DNA of 63,969 nt, filler included, from Ionaspis alba (Eukaryota), in assembly GCA_964255285.1 (NCBI GenBank). It is 3 parts of 3 records of this genome, joined end to end, with 100 filler letters (N's around TTAATTAATTAA, not from the genome) between each part and the next. Parts side by side here need not be neighbours in the genome. Positions count along the whole stretch, not along the records: positions 1 to 21,411 come from CAXUUL010000222.1; 2 more parts are not named here. One strand, given 5' to 3'. Below the pieces are notes generated by a model that worked only from the letters and a program-made list of their open reading frames with translations, was not told the origin of the DNA and did not search any database. The number at the start of each line of letters is the position of its first letter. Position 1 is the first letter of the stretch. Positions 1 through 11,297 of this stretch are shown piece by piece. A program made the translations under genes and the position numbers.

Positions 1-1381
1 AGACGAGATCCATCCTCTCAGGACTTCTTTGGAACCTTTTGCACCCAGACTGTACACCTTCGAGGTATCAATCCAGAGCATTGCGGTACCGGCTCATTGA
101 TTGGCCTTTGCCATGTTTCGCCAAATCAATGCAGTTGTAGAAGGATTCGGTCACTGTTGCTCAAGCATTTTGATCCCTGTCAATGCAGACGCATGGGAGT
201 ACTCCATCTCACCCACAAACATACTGTAAAGTAAAGCGAACGGTGAAGGATTACGATTCAGACCCATTTAATCTTACCGTTCGCCAGGATTAGCTTCGGG
301 TATTAGGTGCACGAACACAACGTGAATATATCAAAATAGAGGTCCTGGGCGTACGGGCCAACTAGGACTCGGTCGTAAAACATGGCAACGTGGAGTTTGT
401 CGACGACATCCGAAAGCGTGTTGAAAAAGTTCCCAAAACGTAGTAGTGCAGAGATAAGTCGCAAGTCGTTCGACAGGCGACCAACCGTTCGGCAGCAGGT
501 GACGAGCGGCTTGACAATTGACAAACCGTTCGACAGGTGACAAAACGTTTGACACTCAGAAAACAGCTAGGCGCGGGAAATTAGCGCCTAGTTATAACGC
601 GAAGGGTTTCGTCTGATCTGCGCAGACCTTTCTAGCTGAAAATAGGACGAGGCTACCAGGCGAGGTGGAGCTTACACCCTTATCTAGAATTTTATCTAGA
701 ATTAGCATTTATTTTTTAGAGCACGATACCCTCCTTCCGGAGATTGCATACTCCTGGACCACCCCGTGAGAGTTGGACGCGAGATACACGATGACTTTCT
801 TACTTTCGGTGGACGAACTGATTTGGAAAAATTCGGGTTGTCCCCGAATTTGACGATCCGCTACCAGAGTCAGGTGGGGTATGGATGATTGCTGCGCATT
901 GCACAGCGCTCATGTAAATCAACTTTGGCACGACTTTGGATCTTGCACATAATGATATGAGGCTCGGACACAAAGGATCAATAGGTGTGTTCCTTGCCTG
1001 AACCCCCCCGCTATTAGCGTTAGATGCCTTGAGCCAGGGTGTGGGGTTAGGCAATTGAGATATGAAGTTTCCCCCTTGCCACATGCCACACTATTCAGAC
1101 ATAATCCTTCCTGGACCTGGAGACTAGCAACTTGGTAGAGGCTGAGCCACGAATCCACGGTTCCGGCGCCTACTCGCGCCTAAGATGTGATTTACTGGAC
1201 CACCTGTGAGCGGCTATGGGATCCCGGCTTAGTCTTGTGGAGAAGGCAAAACGGCTAAAAACGGCCCGTAGAATAACTCGGATATAGTTTAGTCGGGAGG
1301 GGATGAAAAGACCTTCCTCGTAGTTAGTGAATAAACCATCCTACAACTCACCGCTGTGCAACCCGTCTCTAGTATTCCAGA

Positions 1382-1469
1382 AACCGCGATTTTTAGCTCG
1401 ACAAGGATGAGCCAAGAACCGCGACTATTAGCTCGACAAGGGTGAGCCAGAAAAACCGCGACTTTAGCT
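1382..1469. repeat. Short tandem repeat, about 2.5 copies of a 35-37 bp unit
   Basis: AACCGCGA(t/c)t(t/a)TTAGCTCGACAAGG(a/g)TGAGCCA starts at 1382 and 1417, with a partial copy at 1454. Confidence 0.8.
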
Positions 1470-1940
1470 TGCGGTATGACCCTCCCGTACGCGCAGGGGT
1501 GTCAGCAAGCGCAATAGTATCCCATTGATTGTTGCCCTCTCTGCAAGTGAGGCTCTCTTACGTGGGATTTGCAGTAGTAATGACGAGAACTTGTTCGGCC
1601 ACTACTTGCCTTGATTTGCCTTTCTCTTTTACTATTATCTATCGCTGAGACGGTGAATCGAACGTTGGCTTACGCACTAATTTACAGATCATCACAAAAT
1701 TAGCCGTCTCGATGATGCAGGAACTGGGTACCGGTCCATGCTTGAACGCGTCGTCCCACGCCGGTGTTAATATGAACGGTACACCCGACGAGATCTTCAT
1801 TGAGCTCACCTCTAGATCCCCCCAAAAAAGTAGATTTCAGGTGGATACATTGAAGAGCATGCCCGTTTGTATTGTTGACCCGGTCGCGCAATGAAAGGAA
1901 CAACATCTTTTTGTGGCACCATTCATGCAGGTGGTGTCCC

Positions 1941-1995
1941 AAAATTGGGAGTGGGACCGTCTCAAAATTGAGAGCAGGACTGTCTCAAAATTGAG
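1941..1995. repeat. Short tandem repeat, about 2.5 copies of a 23 bp unit
   Basis: AAAATTG(g/a)GAG(tg/ca)GGAC(c/t)GTCTC occurs twice, followed by AAAATTGAG. Confidence 0.7.
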
Positions 1996-2156
1996 CTCGC
2001 AGCTAGCGCTAGTACGAATTAGGCAATAGCGAGCAGGGTACCGGTGCCGCCTCGGCGGCGATTGTCAACATATATATTTTATCTTTACCTACTACCGACA
2101 ATGTCATTCCCCTCGTTAATTCATTGCAGCCCGTCGGCTTTGCATCCCTTGGACAA

Positions 2157-3002
2157 ATGGAGGAAACGACATACCTTTTGCTGGGCCTGGAACATTTGAG
2201 TCGACCTTCTCAAGACGTAGCACCGACTTCCACTCTTTTGGGTGACAGTGCCTTTCTCTTCGGGCTTGATTCACAAGTCAACAATGACCCTGGCTCTGAC
2301 CTTTCTGCTCCTAGCAGTACTACCGTCGATCTCGACGACTCCCTCCTGACAGACTTTCAGGGTGATAATACAGAAGTGCAGGCGCAAGCACAGTTCACAT
2401 CTTCCGTTCCCGTCCCGGTTGGAGCTACTCCCCATGGGCTGGAGCCGACTACCCTAGCCCCGCCACAGACCCTACTCAATGTCGACCCGCTGGTTGGGAA
2501 GACAAAGCCTGGGTCACGGCAACGAGTTTCTTCAAGTCAGTGGGAGGAGAAACGCCCCATCATTCACAAACTCTATATAGAGCAGCAAATGACGCTTCGA
2601 GACACCATGAACACCCTGAACCATGAATATGGGTTTCGGCCATGGTCTGTTGACGCAAGTTCCCTGTAGTTCTTCCGCTACACGCTGACAATAGACCACA
2701 GCGAGAAGGCCTACAAGGCCCAGCTCAAAGAATGGGGTATTCGAAAGAACTTGAACAAGCGGGAGATCGCTTTCATTGCCAAGAAACACACAACTAGAAA
2801 GGGAGGAGGCAAGGACGTGGCTTTCCTTTTTAAGGGAGAGAAGATTCCTCGAGCCAGGATACAACGTTACAAGAAGGGAAAGGCTCCAGGCTCCAAGTCT
2901 TCTGCTGAGTGTGAGTTTCGGTTCCTGAGCATGTGAGACGTCCGCTGACAGAAATTTACGTTAGCTGTTCCGTCTCAGATTGAGGTTCAGGACGATCGCT
3001 GA
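2157..3002 (+). CDS. Clr5-domain protein (3 exons)
   Basis: Predicted introns 2645-2701 and 2911-2964 (GT..CTGAC..AG) join ORFs 2124 and 2751 into QWEEKRPIIHKLYIEQQMTLRDTMNTLNHEYGFRPCEKAYKAQLKEWGIRKN, the typical fungal Clr5 pattern. Stop TGA at 3000-3002. Confidence 0.7.
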
Positions 3003-5469
3003 TACCCTTGCTTCTTCACTTTCATTTGTCCTTTATTCTCTATACCCCCTCAACGATGTTGATGTCGAGTATTTATGGATATGGCTTGATGAGGCATTTG
3101 TTATATTATCGATATACTTAAGCCACCTGATACCCTTGCAGTTGCCGCTGAAGCCATGCGGAGAACTCCTTACATTCTTTCATATATCAAGTTTGGGCAC
3201 CCATGTCTATTGCCACATGCTTGATGGTCTTCTGGTAGCATGCTTCCAGATCTCGATCTACCCCTTCTTGCTCACAGTCAAACAGCTGTTGCGATGTTAA
3301 GTGCGTGATACAACAGAGCTTGCCTCGTCCTGATTCCAGTCTTTCATGTAGTTCCAAACACTTCAACAGGGAGTTCCAGACATCCAAAGCGAAACACACC
3401 AACTCGCTGTAAACTGATATGTGCCAGCATTGAAGAAATCCAATGTGCTTTTCTTAATTCCCCAAATTACCCCCTCCCAGACAGCAATACTGAAGTCAAG
3501 GAGAAAGCCGGAGAGCTGGAATGCCACCAGCTTCACGTGGATCGGCTACTCAGAGCTTGCTCTGGCTGCATCGATCGTCCGGTGGTGTGTTGGTGTACCA
3601 CACCATTGACTTGTCCAGTGGCAACTGTTCGACGTGGTCGGACTGCGCCGACCCCATTCCAGGGCTCCTGGCGTGGTTCCTGGCGCTGCCATCGCTGTAT
3701 GGGTGCCGAAGTTCGCGGAGAAGGCGGGGAAGTCGTGTTGGTCGATGGTAGCGTTTGGAACAACCATACCTCACGATTGAGACGCTGGTAACCTGGATCG
3801 GTCTCCGGATTACGACTCGTCTGCTTTGAAGGCCATATCCGTCAGCATGATCACTCTGAGGTTGAGGACTTGCATACCTGCGAGCCTGTGACCTGGTCAG
3901 TGGAAGCTCCTCCTTGGGTGTTCGACGAGGCTGACATTGTCATAGCGTATAAGAATGTTGACAATGAAGTAGGCTCTTCTAATGTATATTTATACGGGCA
4001 GAATATAATGAGTTAATCGGTGCAGGAAGGAGATCGATGTTCCAGCAGCCCTTGTATACAGATCTTAATGACATGAACAGGTGCGGATGACGCCCAGATC
4101 TCTTCACTCCTGTTCCACATCTCCACTGCCTACCTTGAAAGACAGCACAGCCAGCAATGCAAGTCAATGTCATCCTCGCCACGTTGGAGCGATGGTTGGA
4201 CTTAACAGCATCGTTACTTTGGATTAAGAATGAGCGCGCAGAAGGCCTCCTGCAAGGAACCTTGAGCAAGTCCATATATGCGACTTCGACTACAAAGCGA
4301 AGATCATCTAATGGTCCGTTCGATCAATACTTGCTTCGATCTTCGAGGCTTCACGAACTTGATGTTGTGTTCACTGCCATCGGTATCATGAACCGGATTT
4401 ATATGCAAGTTCATCCACACTAGCAATACGCGAACCTACCAAACATTCCGAAAATCCACCACAGCCAGCGAACACGTAAGTGTAACATACTAGGCCGCAT
4501 TATGCACGTGTGAAATCGCCCGAACAGCCACACATTGTCACTGAAGCTGTGATCCAGATGCGCTCGGGCCGGTTCCCAGACCTTCATCGAATGGTCTGTG
4601 CCCCTGCCTTGTCTCAGCATTTGGCCCGTCGGGGAGGTGTCTTGCAGATCCGACCTCGTGTTGCCCTTGACATACCTAGCTCATCGGTCCGCTTAATTTT
4701 CAGATTCGACGATCAGAGACATCCATAAAGATGTGTCAGATTTCCGTGCTGGGCTGCATGTGTCAATCAGAAAATAAGAGATGTGGACCATGATGGTCCT
4801 GTCTAAGTCTTCGTCTTGTCTGATCAACCAGCTCTGGAACAATGACTGGACTCAGCCTTCACATCTCTCAGAGGCCCCTGCTTCACGAACCAACCAATGT
4901 TGCATTTGTCGCAGAACGATGATCTGCCACCCCTTTCCCCTTTATCCCATGATCCTGGTTCGACTGGTTGTACGCTCCCGTAGCTCTCCAGAATACTGTG
5001 TTTGCACCAGATTGCGTTTCGATCTTGCCGGCTACATCAAGGAAAACATGGGAGCACCTTTCGAGGCGTCGTGCATACCGAGTTCCTAAAGATAGCGAGA
5101 TCGGTCTCAAAGGGCACCGCCCCTCCAACCCTGATTCAAATTCCTCTGCCACATTGCGGTTGGCATTTCTTGTCCATCATCTCACCAAAGAGGGCTCGAT
5201 TGGATACCGCATTAAACGTCCAATATAAGTTGTGAGAACAATCACAAGGTCAAATGTTTGTGGCGACGAGACGCGTACAATTTTCGACGAAGAGGCCCGA
5301 AATTTCCTGAGCTGCGTTATCAGAGTCCTGCCAAGTCTCATTCTCGCAATACTCCATCCGGCCAGCTTCTAGACAAAAGAAAAGGAAAGATTGCAGTCCC
5401 GTATAAGCAGTCCGGTTCATCTTTGGGCCTGTAAGGGAAACACCTGTCTCTATCCACTGGCGCGAGCTT

Positions 5470-7047
5470 TCCATCTGTTATGCTGTCATTCGAGTCTCCA
5501 TTACAACCTTCTCGATCCGCGCCTCCATAGCGGGAGTTCCGGAGATGAATGCATGGAACCTTTTCACTCCACGCAAAAGCGGAAGAGGCTTTGAGATTTG
5601 CTGAAATCATGCTTCGTTATCTCCATCCTCGTACGCCGCAGCGAAGTCGTCGAATGAATGTCCAGCCAACAGGGACAAGAATAGCAACGGGAGTGTGAGA
5701 TTCTGCGAAATCAATTCGATGAGGAGGTTCCATTCGTCCTCATAATTCTTGTCAGGGTAGAGGAAGATCGGTCCTTCGCTGGCACCGCACTGAATATCAA
5801 GCGTCCGGATACGCCTCAGCGTGTCTGGGGAGCGACAACGTAGGAAGTNNNNNNNNNNNNNNNNNNNNNNNNNNNNNNNNNNNNNNNNNNNNNNNNNNNN
5901 NNNNNNNNNNNNNNNNNNNNNNNNNNNNNNNNNNNNNNNNNNNNNNNNATATCAAGCGTCCGGATACGCCTCAGCGTGTCTGGGGAGCGACAACGTAGGA
6001 AGTGGTGATCTTCTGGGACACTACAGTACCAGTCGGCTATTTTCATAGAAAAGCCACTGAGCTTCCTCTTGTAATTGACAACACACCTGGAACAACGAAA
6101 GAGGGGGCCTGGTACACCTACACTCCGTCGCTCGACGAAGAGTACTACCGAGAGTGATACAGCAACAGAGCCCTGGGCAGGGGCTGCAAGTCTTGCAGCA
6201 TTCTAGACTCAGTGGCATTTTGATGATGAAATACTTGTTGATTTCAAGGGTGCACCTTTACCCTATGACGTTTCTGGCATTTATAAAGACGCCATTCCAT
6301 GACACGGATGCAAGGGAGCAGGGCACCAGATCCGTGTACTTAAGAATCATTATACAGATCTCTTTTGGCAATCTCATAAGCGGGAATCCATCGACAAGTC
6401 GTTCTGCGGTATTATACAAGACCAATTTACTGACTATGTTCCGAGAGGGTTGTGATTTCCAGCCTGAAAGGCGGAGTCCGTACGCTTTTAGAGCAGGCAT
6501 ACCTTTCAGAAGTGACATGACATGTTCCACCTTGTAAGATCGCGCAAACTCCAATGCCAGGAAACAGTTTTGAAGTAACACAACGGGTCGAAATCGTAAA
6601 CACAGGCAAGGCAGGAGGGCGACCACGAATGTGGCCGATCTGTAGGCGCAAAAGCGACCTCAGTGCACGTACCGAGGTTCTCAAACAGCCTCTGACCTCT
6701 CTCGTTCCAGTCAAGCTTGAATTAGTTCTTTCCGTAAAGCAGAGGTATGATCTCATTGTGAACACTGCAGCATGTGCGTAGTAGTTGGAGCGGCAAGACA
6801 TCACAGAAGCATTCGCCCTTGCTTTGACCACGCTTGGCTCTGTGGTAAGGCTCATTTGGCTCAGGTCAGGGACGGTCGAGATGCCAACAGTGCTTCTGTT
6901 CGTCGATCTCTGCAATTCTGTGACGAAAGGCTTCTTTCCAAGATCAATAGGGCAAGGTCGTGTAATCCCTGCCAGTTTGTATATCTCGAGCCGCAGGTGT
7001 AACCGTAGATCAAGAAATTGAGTCCTCGTTTCCATTATTTGTGCCAT
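5470..7047 (-). pseudogene. Degenerate F-box-like protein gene with two F-box-like modules and a Cys-rich segment
   Basis: FLDLRLHLRLEIYKLAG..CPIDL; then in another frame CFCDVLPLQLLRTC..EIIPLLYGKN*F (in-frame TAA); then FPLMRLPKEICIMILKYTDLV; then CCKTCS..CCC..CRC..LFQVC..EAQWLFYENS. The pieces lie in different frames and contain internal stops. The 3' boundary is approximate. Confidence 0.6.
5849..5948. other. Assembly gap with duplicated flanks (unmerged contig overlap)
   Basis: 5794-5848 is repeated exactly at 5949-6003. Confidence 0.9.
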
Positions 7048-8633
7048 CGTGAACGTGGAAGATGGTCAGCTACAAGAGACGTAGATATTCGAAGTCTTCG
7101 AGAGCAGGATATGATCAAACATATTGCAAAGAGCAGGTTCTATGGGATGAGAAAGACTGCCTACACTACTGGTAGGCAGCCATGTCTGGCGGACGGGAAA
7201 GCGTTTGCTGCTTCCGCCCGAATATTCTTGCAGCATGCACCTGCGCGGCAGGGGTGTAGAAGCCTAATTCAACGATACGGTGGACAGAAAACTGGCGCTC
7301 ACAGATGTTTCACAGGGGGAAAAGGGCTCCAGGTCCTAAAGTTTAGCGAAGGAGTCTCTTAAATAGCTACTAAAGAGGAATTTACAGTTCTTGTACGTGC
7401 CATTGTCCGCCGCTTTGTCCAGGTAGCGAAGCCCTAGAGAATTGCCTAGCCTAGCCTCGATAGGTTAGCAGGTTAGATTGGCGAACACTAGCACGCTGCT
7501 AAATTTTGCATCTACCGCTCGATGAATTCCACTGCAACTGTCATCATCGTATAGCGCAGCTTCCGTTCAACGTTTGGAGATGTTAGAAGAGTATGCGCAG
7601 AACTTGCCCGATGACTGAAGCCATTGTAATGGGTTGTCCTTCCCTCCGGTGGTCCACTGCCTAATCGGGCTGCGGGCATCTGCAAATTCCAACCACCAAG
7701 AGGTAGTATTCGGCGATTCCAAACTACTAAGACCAAGTCGACAAATGTTCAGCTATCGTCAAATCATACGTTGCTACGATGATGTTGTTGCCTCTACGGT
7801 GATCTGATTATACAACAATCTTTGGAGTGGGTGGCATTCAGCGCCAGGCTCAGCTGACATCAGCGTCAACTCTGCGACCATGAACAAACCCACCACCAAC
7901 TCATCGGCGAAGTGACAATCAATTTGAACATGTTATCTGGCGCTCTAAGTTAGAAGAAAAATGTATTCCAAACACGCACAATGTTATGCAGAAGACACAG
8001 ATGGCTTGGCAATACTGTCAGCCAACGTTGTTCGAACCTTGGCCCCTCATGGCCGGCCACTGTTCTTGCACACTCCCTACTCTGTTTTCCTGAGAGTCGT
8101 CGGGATGACATACAAGTTGGGTTTCTTCGTCTTTCGTTTCCAATGTTGTCTGTTGTTTTGTAGAGGTGTGGGAGGTAGTCCCCCGAGTTGAAAGGGCCGA
8201 CGGATCTCCTCGTGATGGCAGAACTTGTGCAGATACCACTCCTAATTTTAATTCCTCTTTTTTTCATTCTGTACTCGCCTGGTGCGGTACTTACAGTCCT
8301 TGATCTTGAGCTTCAGGTATCCTGGTTTCGATCCTGTCCTCTGCCTTGGCGACTGAGGAGCGTCCTCACTGATCCCGGCACCGTCCATACACTGTGTATT
8401 CACATGTGTAGGGTCGTCCACTTCTGATCATCGACTACGCTCTAACGAAATCTGATAAAATTACTAGACTTGTGCTGCTGGCAAGGAGATTGCCCTTGAC
8501 AGATTGGTGCATCCGCTAGTTGTTTAATAGACTTTCCAGCCACTCCTTCCTATTGCTTAAGCGACGTTGTCAAACATCATTTCCTAAGTACACTGCAGCA
8601 TTGATTCCACGTGCGAACTTATAGGCCTTCAGC

Positions 8634-11297
8634 ATGCTGTTCAGCAAGTTTCTGTTCTGGATCTGCTGGCTACTGGTCAAGGTCCACGCCGACGCCCTTG
8701 CCTACGCCGACGCTGAACCCGTTAACTTGGAGCCAACAGACCAGTCACTAGATGCCAAGAGGAAAGGTGGCCATGTTTTCGAGGTTCAAGGAACGGAGGA
8801 CCTCCCCGCTGGCGAAGATGGAATTACGCAGATGTTGTCGAAAGAAGAGATGAATCGGAAGCTCGAGGAGGCTCGAAAAGGGGAGAATGGTCTGGATGAA
8901 CAGTGGGACAAATCCGTTGCCGACAATCCCGAAGCATGGGAGGGAAAATACCAGAAGAAGAAAAACCCTAGTCAGCATTCACGGCCAATGCTTACCAACA
9001 TGCAAGACCCTGTGAGTGGGAAAGTAGTCTACTCGAGCTCCTTCCGCAGTGGAAACCATGACGAAGGATTCAGAGACCATGGTCGAAAACTCGAACCCGC
9101 TGTTCAAGAAGTATTTGACGAGAATTATCCGGGTGGCAAGAATGACCACAGGAACAGTAATCGATGTGGAGAATGGGGTTGTCTTAATCAAATCGCGAAA
9201 GCGAGAAAGAAACTTCTCGGAGAAAAGCCGAAAGACTTCAGCGGAGTTCAGACCCTATCAAAGGCTGACGGTAATAACGGCGTTGACACTGCTTGCGATG
9301 TCAGTGAAGACAGACCCAAGCCAGGCTGCACGAAGACCATGAAACAGCAGCAAATTCTGGATCTAGCAGTCCCAGAGCAGGCAAAGGAAGCGGAGAAGCA
9401 GAACGTGAAACATATCGAGAATCAACTGGAAGCCAAAGCCAAAGCAGAAGAGGAGAAGAAGATGGCGGAAGCAAAAGCGGAAGAGGAGAGAAAAGCTGCG
9501 AAAGCTGAGAAGAACAGGGCGGCAGCTGAGCGGCTGTTGCAGAAAGAAGCCGAGGCCAAGAAGAAGGCAGAAGAGGTTGAAAAAGCTAAAGCTGCGGCTG
9601 CCCTCCGGCCAAAGAGTAAAGCTGACCAGAGAAGGGAGAAGAAGGCGGCCGAAGCAGCGGCCAAAGAGGCGGCCAAGCAAGCGGCAGCAGAGGGCAGTCT
9701 AGACTGCTCAACGACTCCGTCAGCTAAATTCCGGAGACGAAATCCCGCTTGTGCTATTGATACCAAGAATAAAAATGCGGAGAGTTCCTCCGCAAAGAAG
9801 GGAATCAAGGATGTCAAGTCTAGCAAAGAGGCCGTATCCCCCGAAAAGAAGAAAGTATCACATGTCGTCGATGAGAACTTGGATAAGGAGCGAAAAAATC
9901 ATTCGAAACCTCCCATGACAAAGCCAGAGCCAGCCTCAAATAAAGGGAAACAGACCGCTAAGTCGAGCAATAGCGCCAACGTTTCAAAGAGCAGGAAACC
10001 GGCCAAGGAATCTAAGATCGACTTGAAACAGGGTCACAAGAACCTCGACGGATCACCCGCGACGCAAGTCAAAACTTCATCGGAAACTGGAACCCCAATT
10101 CATATATCGAGCAAAGGAGAAAACGCACCGTCCAAGAATGGGAAGTCCAACAAAAAAACAGGAAAACATCCACATGCGAAACCACCTGCCACAAATCCAG
10201 TGACTGGAAAGTCGGGCAAGCATCGTGGCAAGACCAGTTCAGGTACCAAGAATTCCGGGCAGGTTGGCGACTCCAAACCCGCTGAGAAGAAGGTGGGCGG
10301 AAAGACACCCTCTACAGGCAATTCANNNNNNNNNNNNNNNNNNNNNNNNNNNNNNNNNNNNNNNNNNNNNNNNNNNNNNNNNNNNNNNNNNNNNNNNNNN
10401 NNNNNNNNNNNNNNNNNNNNNNNNNAGAAGCCTACCAAGCACCAAGAAAAGCCGCTTGCGAAGGACAAGAAGACCAAGCCACAGAACAATCAGCAGAAGC
10501 CAGCAAAGTCCAACGATAGCAAGACACCGAAACAACAGCACAAGCAGGCAAAGACACATAATAAAAAGACACCGAAACAGCAGGAGAAGCCTCAGAAGAG
10601 TCAGCAGAAGCTAGCCAAAGCTCAAACCGACAAGGCACCCAAGCATCGGCAGAAACCAGCAAAATCCCAGGACAACAAGCCTCCCAAGCAGCGGAAGAAG
10701 CCTGCAAAGAGTCAGCAGAAGCCGACTAAAGACGAGAATAAGGCTCCAAAGAACCCGCAGAAGCCTAATAAGAATCAGCAGAAGAAAGGTGCAAAGAACT
10801 CGCAGGACAAGCAAGCAACTAGCCAGAACAACAAGCCTGTACAGACTCAGCAGAAGCCGACGAAGGAACAGATCGACAAATCTCCGAAGCATCAACCGAA
10901 GCCTACAAAGAGTCAGCAGAGCAACAACGGGAAGACGCCGTCGAAGCCTGCGACGGGTCAAGATAAGAAGCCGGTAGCGAGTCAGGAAAAGAAGACCAAC
11001 AATGGTGGTCCGAAGACAGGGACAAAAGATGGTGCAAAATCTGGAGGAGGAGCTGGAGCAAAGACCGGAGCAAAGTCTGAGACGAAAGCTGGGGCAGCAG
11101 CTGGAGGGAAGGCTGGGGGAAAGCCTGAAGCCAAAACTACGACAAAATCCGTACCGACACCAGCTGCCACACCAGCAGCCAAATCGGGAGCTAATGCTGG
11201 AGCAAAACCGAAAGCGAAGTCGGGAACGCAGTCGGGGCCTAAGGCTGGAGGGAAGCCTGCAAAGAAGAGTGGAGGCAAGAAGCCTGGCCGAAGGTAG
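8634..11297 (+). CDS. Secreted protein: signal peptide, candidate YwqJ-like deaminase domain, Ala/Glu/Lys coiled coil, long Lys/Gln/Pro-rich low-complexity tail
   Basis: The hydrophobic N-terminus MLFSKFLFWICWLLVKVHA-D looks like a signal peptide. Motifs VVYSSSFRSG, HRNSNRCGE and ACD-x8-GC are present. The ORF spans the N gap at 10326-10425, so its true length is uncertain. Confidence 0.75.
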   Translation: MLFSKFLFWICWLLVKVHADALAYADAEPVNLEPTDQSLDAKRKGGHVFEVQGTEDLPAGEDGITQMLSKEEMNRKLEEARKGENGLDEQWDKSVADNPEAWEGKYQKKKNPSQHSRPMLTNMQDPVSGKVVYSSSFRSGNHDEGFRDHGRKLEPAVQEVFDENYPGGKNDHRNSNRCGEWGCLNQIAKARKKLLGEKPKDFSGVQTLSKADGNNGVDTACDVSEDRPKPGCTKTMKQQQILDLAVPEQAKEAEKQNVKHIENQLEAKAKAEEEKKMAEAKAEEERKAAKAEKNRAAAERLLQKEAEAKKKAEEVEKAKAAAALRPKSKADQRREKKAAEAAAKEAAKQAAAEGSLDCSTTPSAKFRRRNPACAIDTKNKNAESSSAKKGIKDVKSSKEAVSPEKKKVSHVVDENLDKERKNHSKPPMTKPEPASNKGKQTAKSSNSANVSKSRKPAKESKIDLKQGHKNLDGSPATQVKTSSETGTPIHISSKGENAPSKNGKSNKKTGKHPHAKPPATNPVTGKSGKHRGKTSSGTKNSGQVGDSKPAEKKVGGKTPSTGNSXXXXXXXXXXXXXXXXXXXXXXXXXXXXXXXXXXKPTKHQEKPLAKDKKTKPQNNQQKPAKSNDSKTPKQQHKQAKTHNKKTPKQQEKPQKSQQKLAKAQTDKAPKHRQKPAKSQDNKPPKQRKKPAKSQQKPTKDENKAPKNPQKPNKNQQKKGAKNSQDKQATSQNNKPVQTQQKPTKEQIDKSPKHQPKPTKSQQSNNGKTPSKPATGQDKKPVASQEKKTNNGGPKTGTKDGAKSGGGAGAKTGAKSETKAGAAAGGKAGGKPEAKTTTKSVPTPAATPAAKSGANAGAKPKAKSGTQSGPKAGGKPAKKSGGKKPGRR

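Noticed and set aside
1382..1469. CRISPR-like repeat
   Set aside because: The units are directly adjacent with no unique spacers, the context is eukaryotic and there are no cas genes.
3400..5240. Several short ORFs, including a Cys-rich one at 3537-3791
   Set aside because: No coherent gene model or recognisable domain; possibly decayed coding sequence, but not supportable.
5794..6003. 55-bp direct repeat flanking an N gap
   Set aside because: An exact duplication on both sides of a gap indicates an unmerged contig overlap, not a biological repeat.
7800..8420. Possible remnant of a CorA-like two-TM gene on the minus strand
   Set aside because: Only a vague resemblance across frames with stops; too weak to call without a search.
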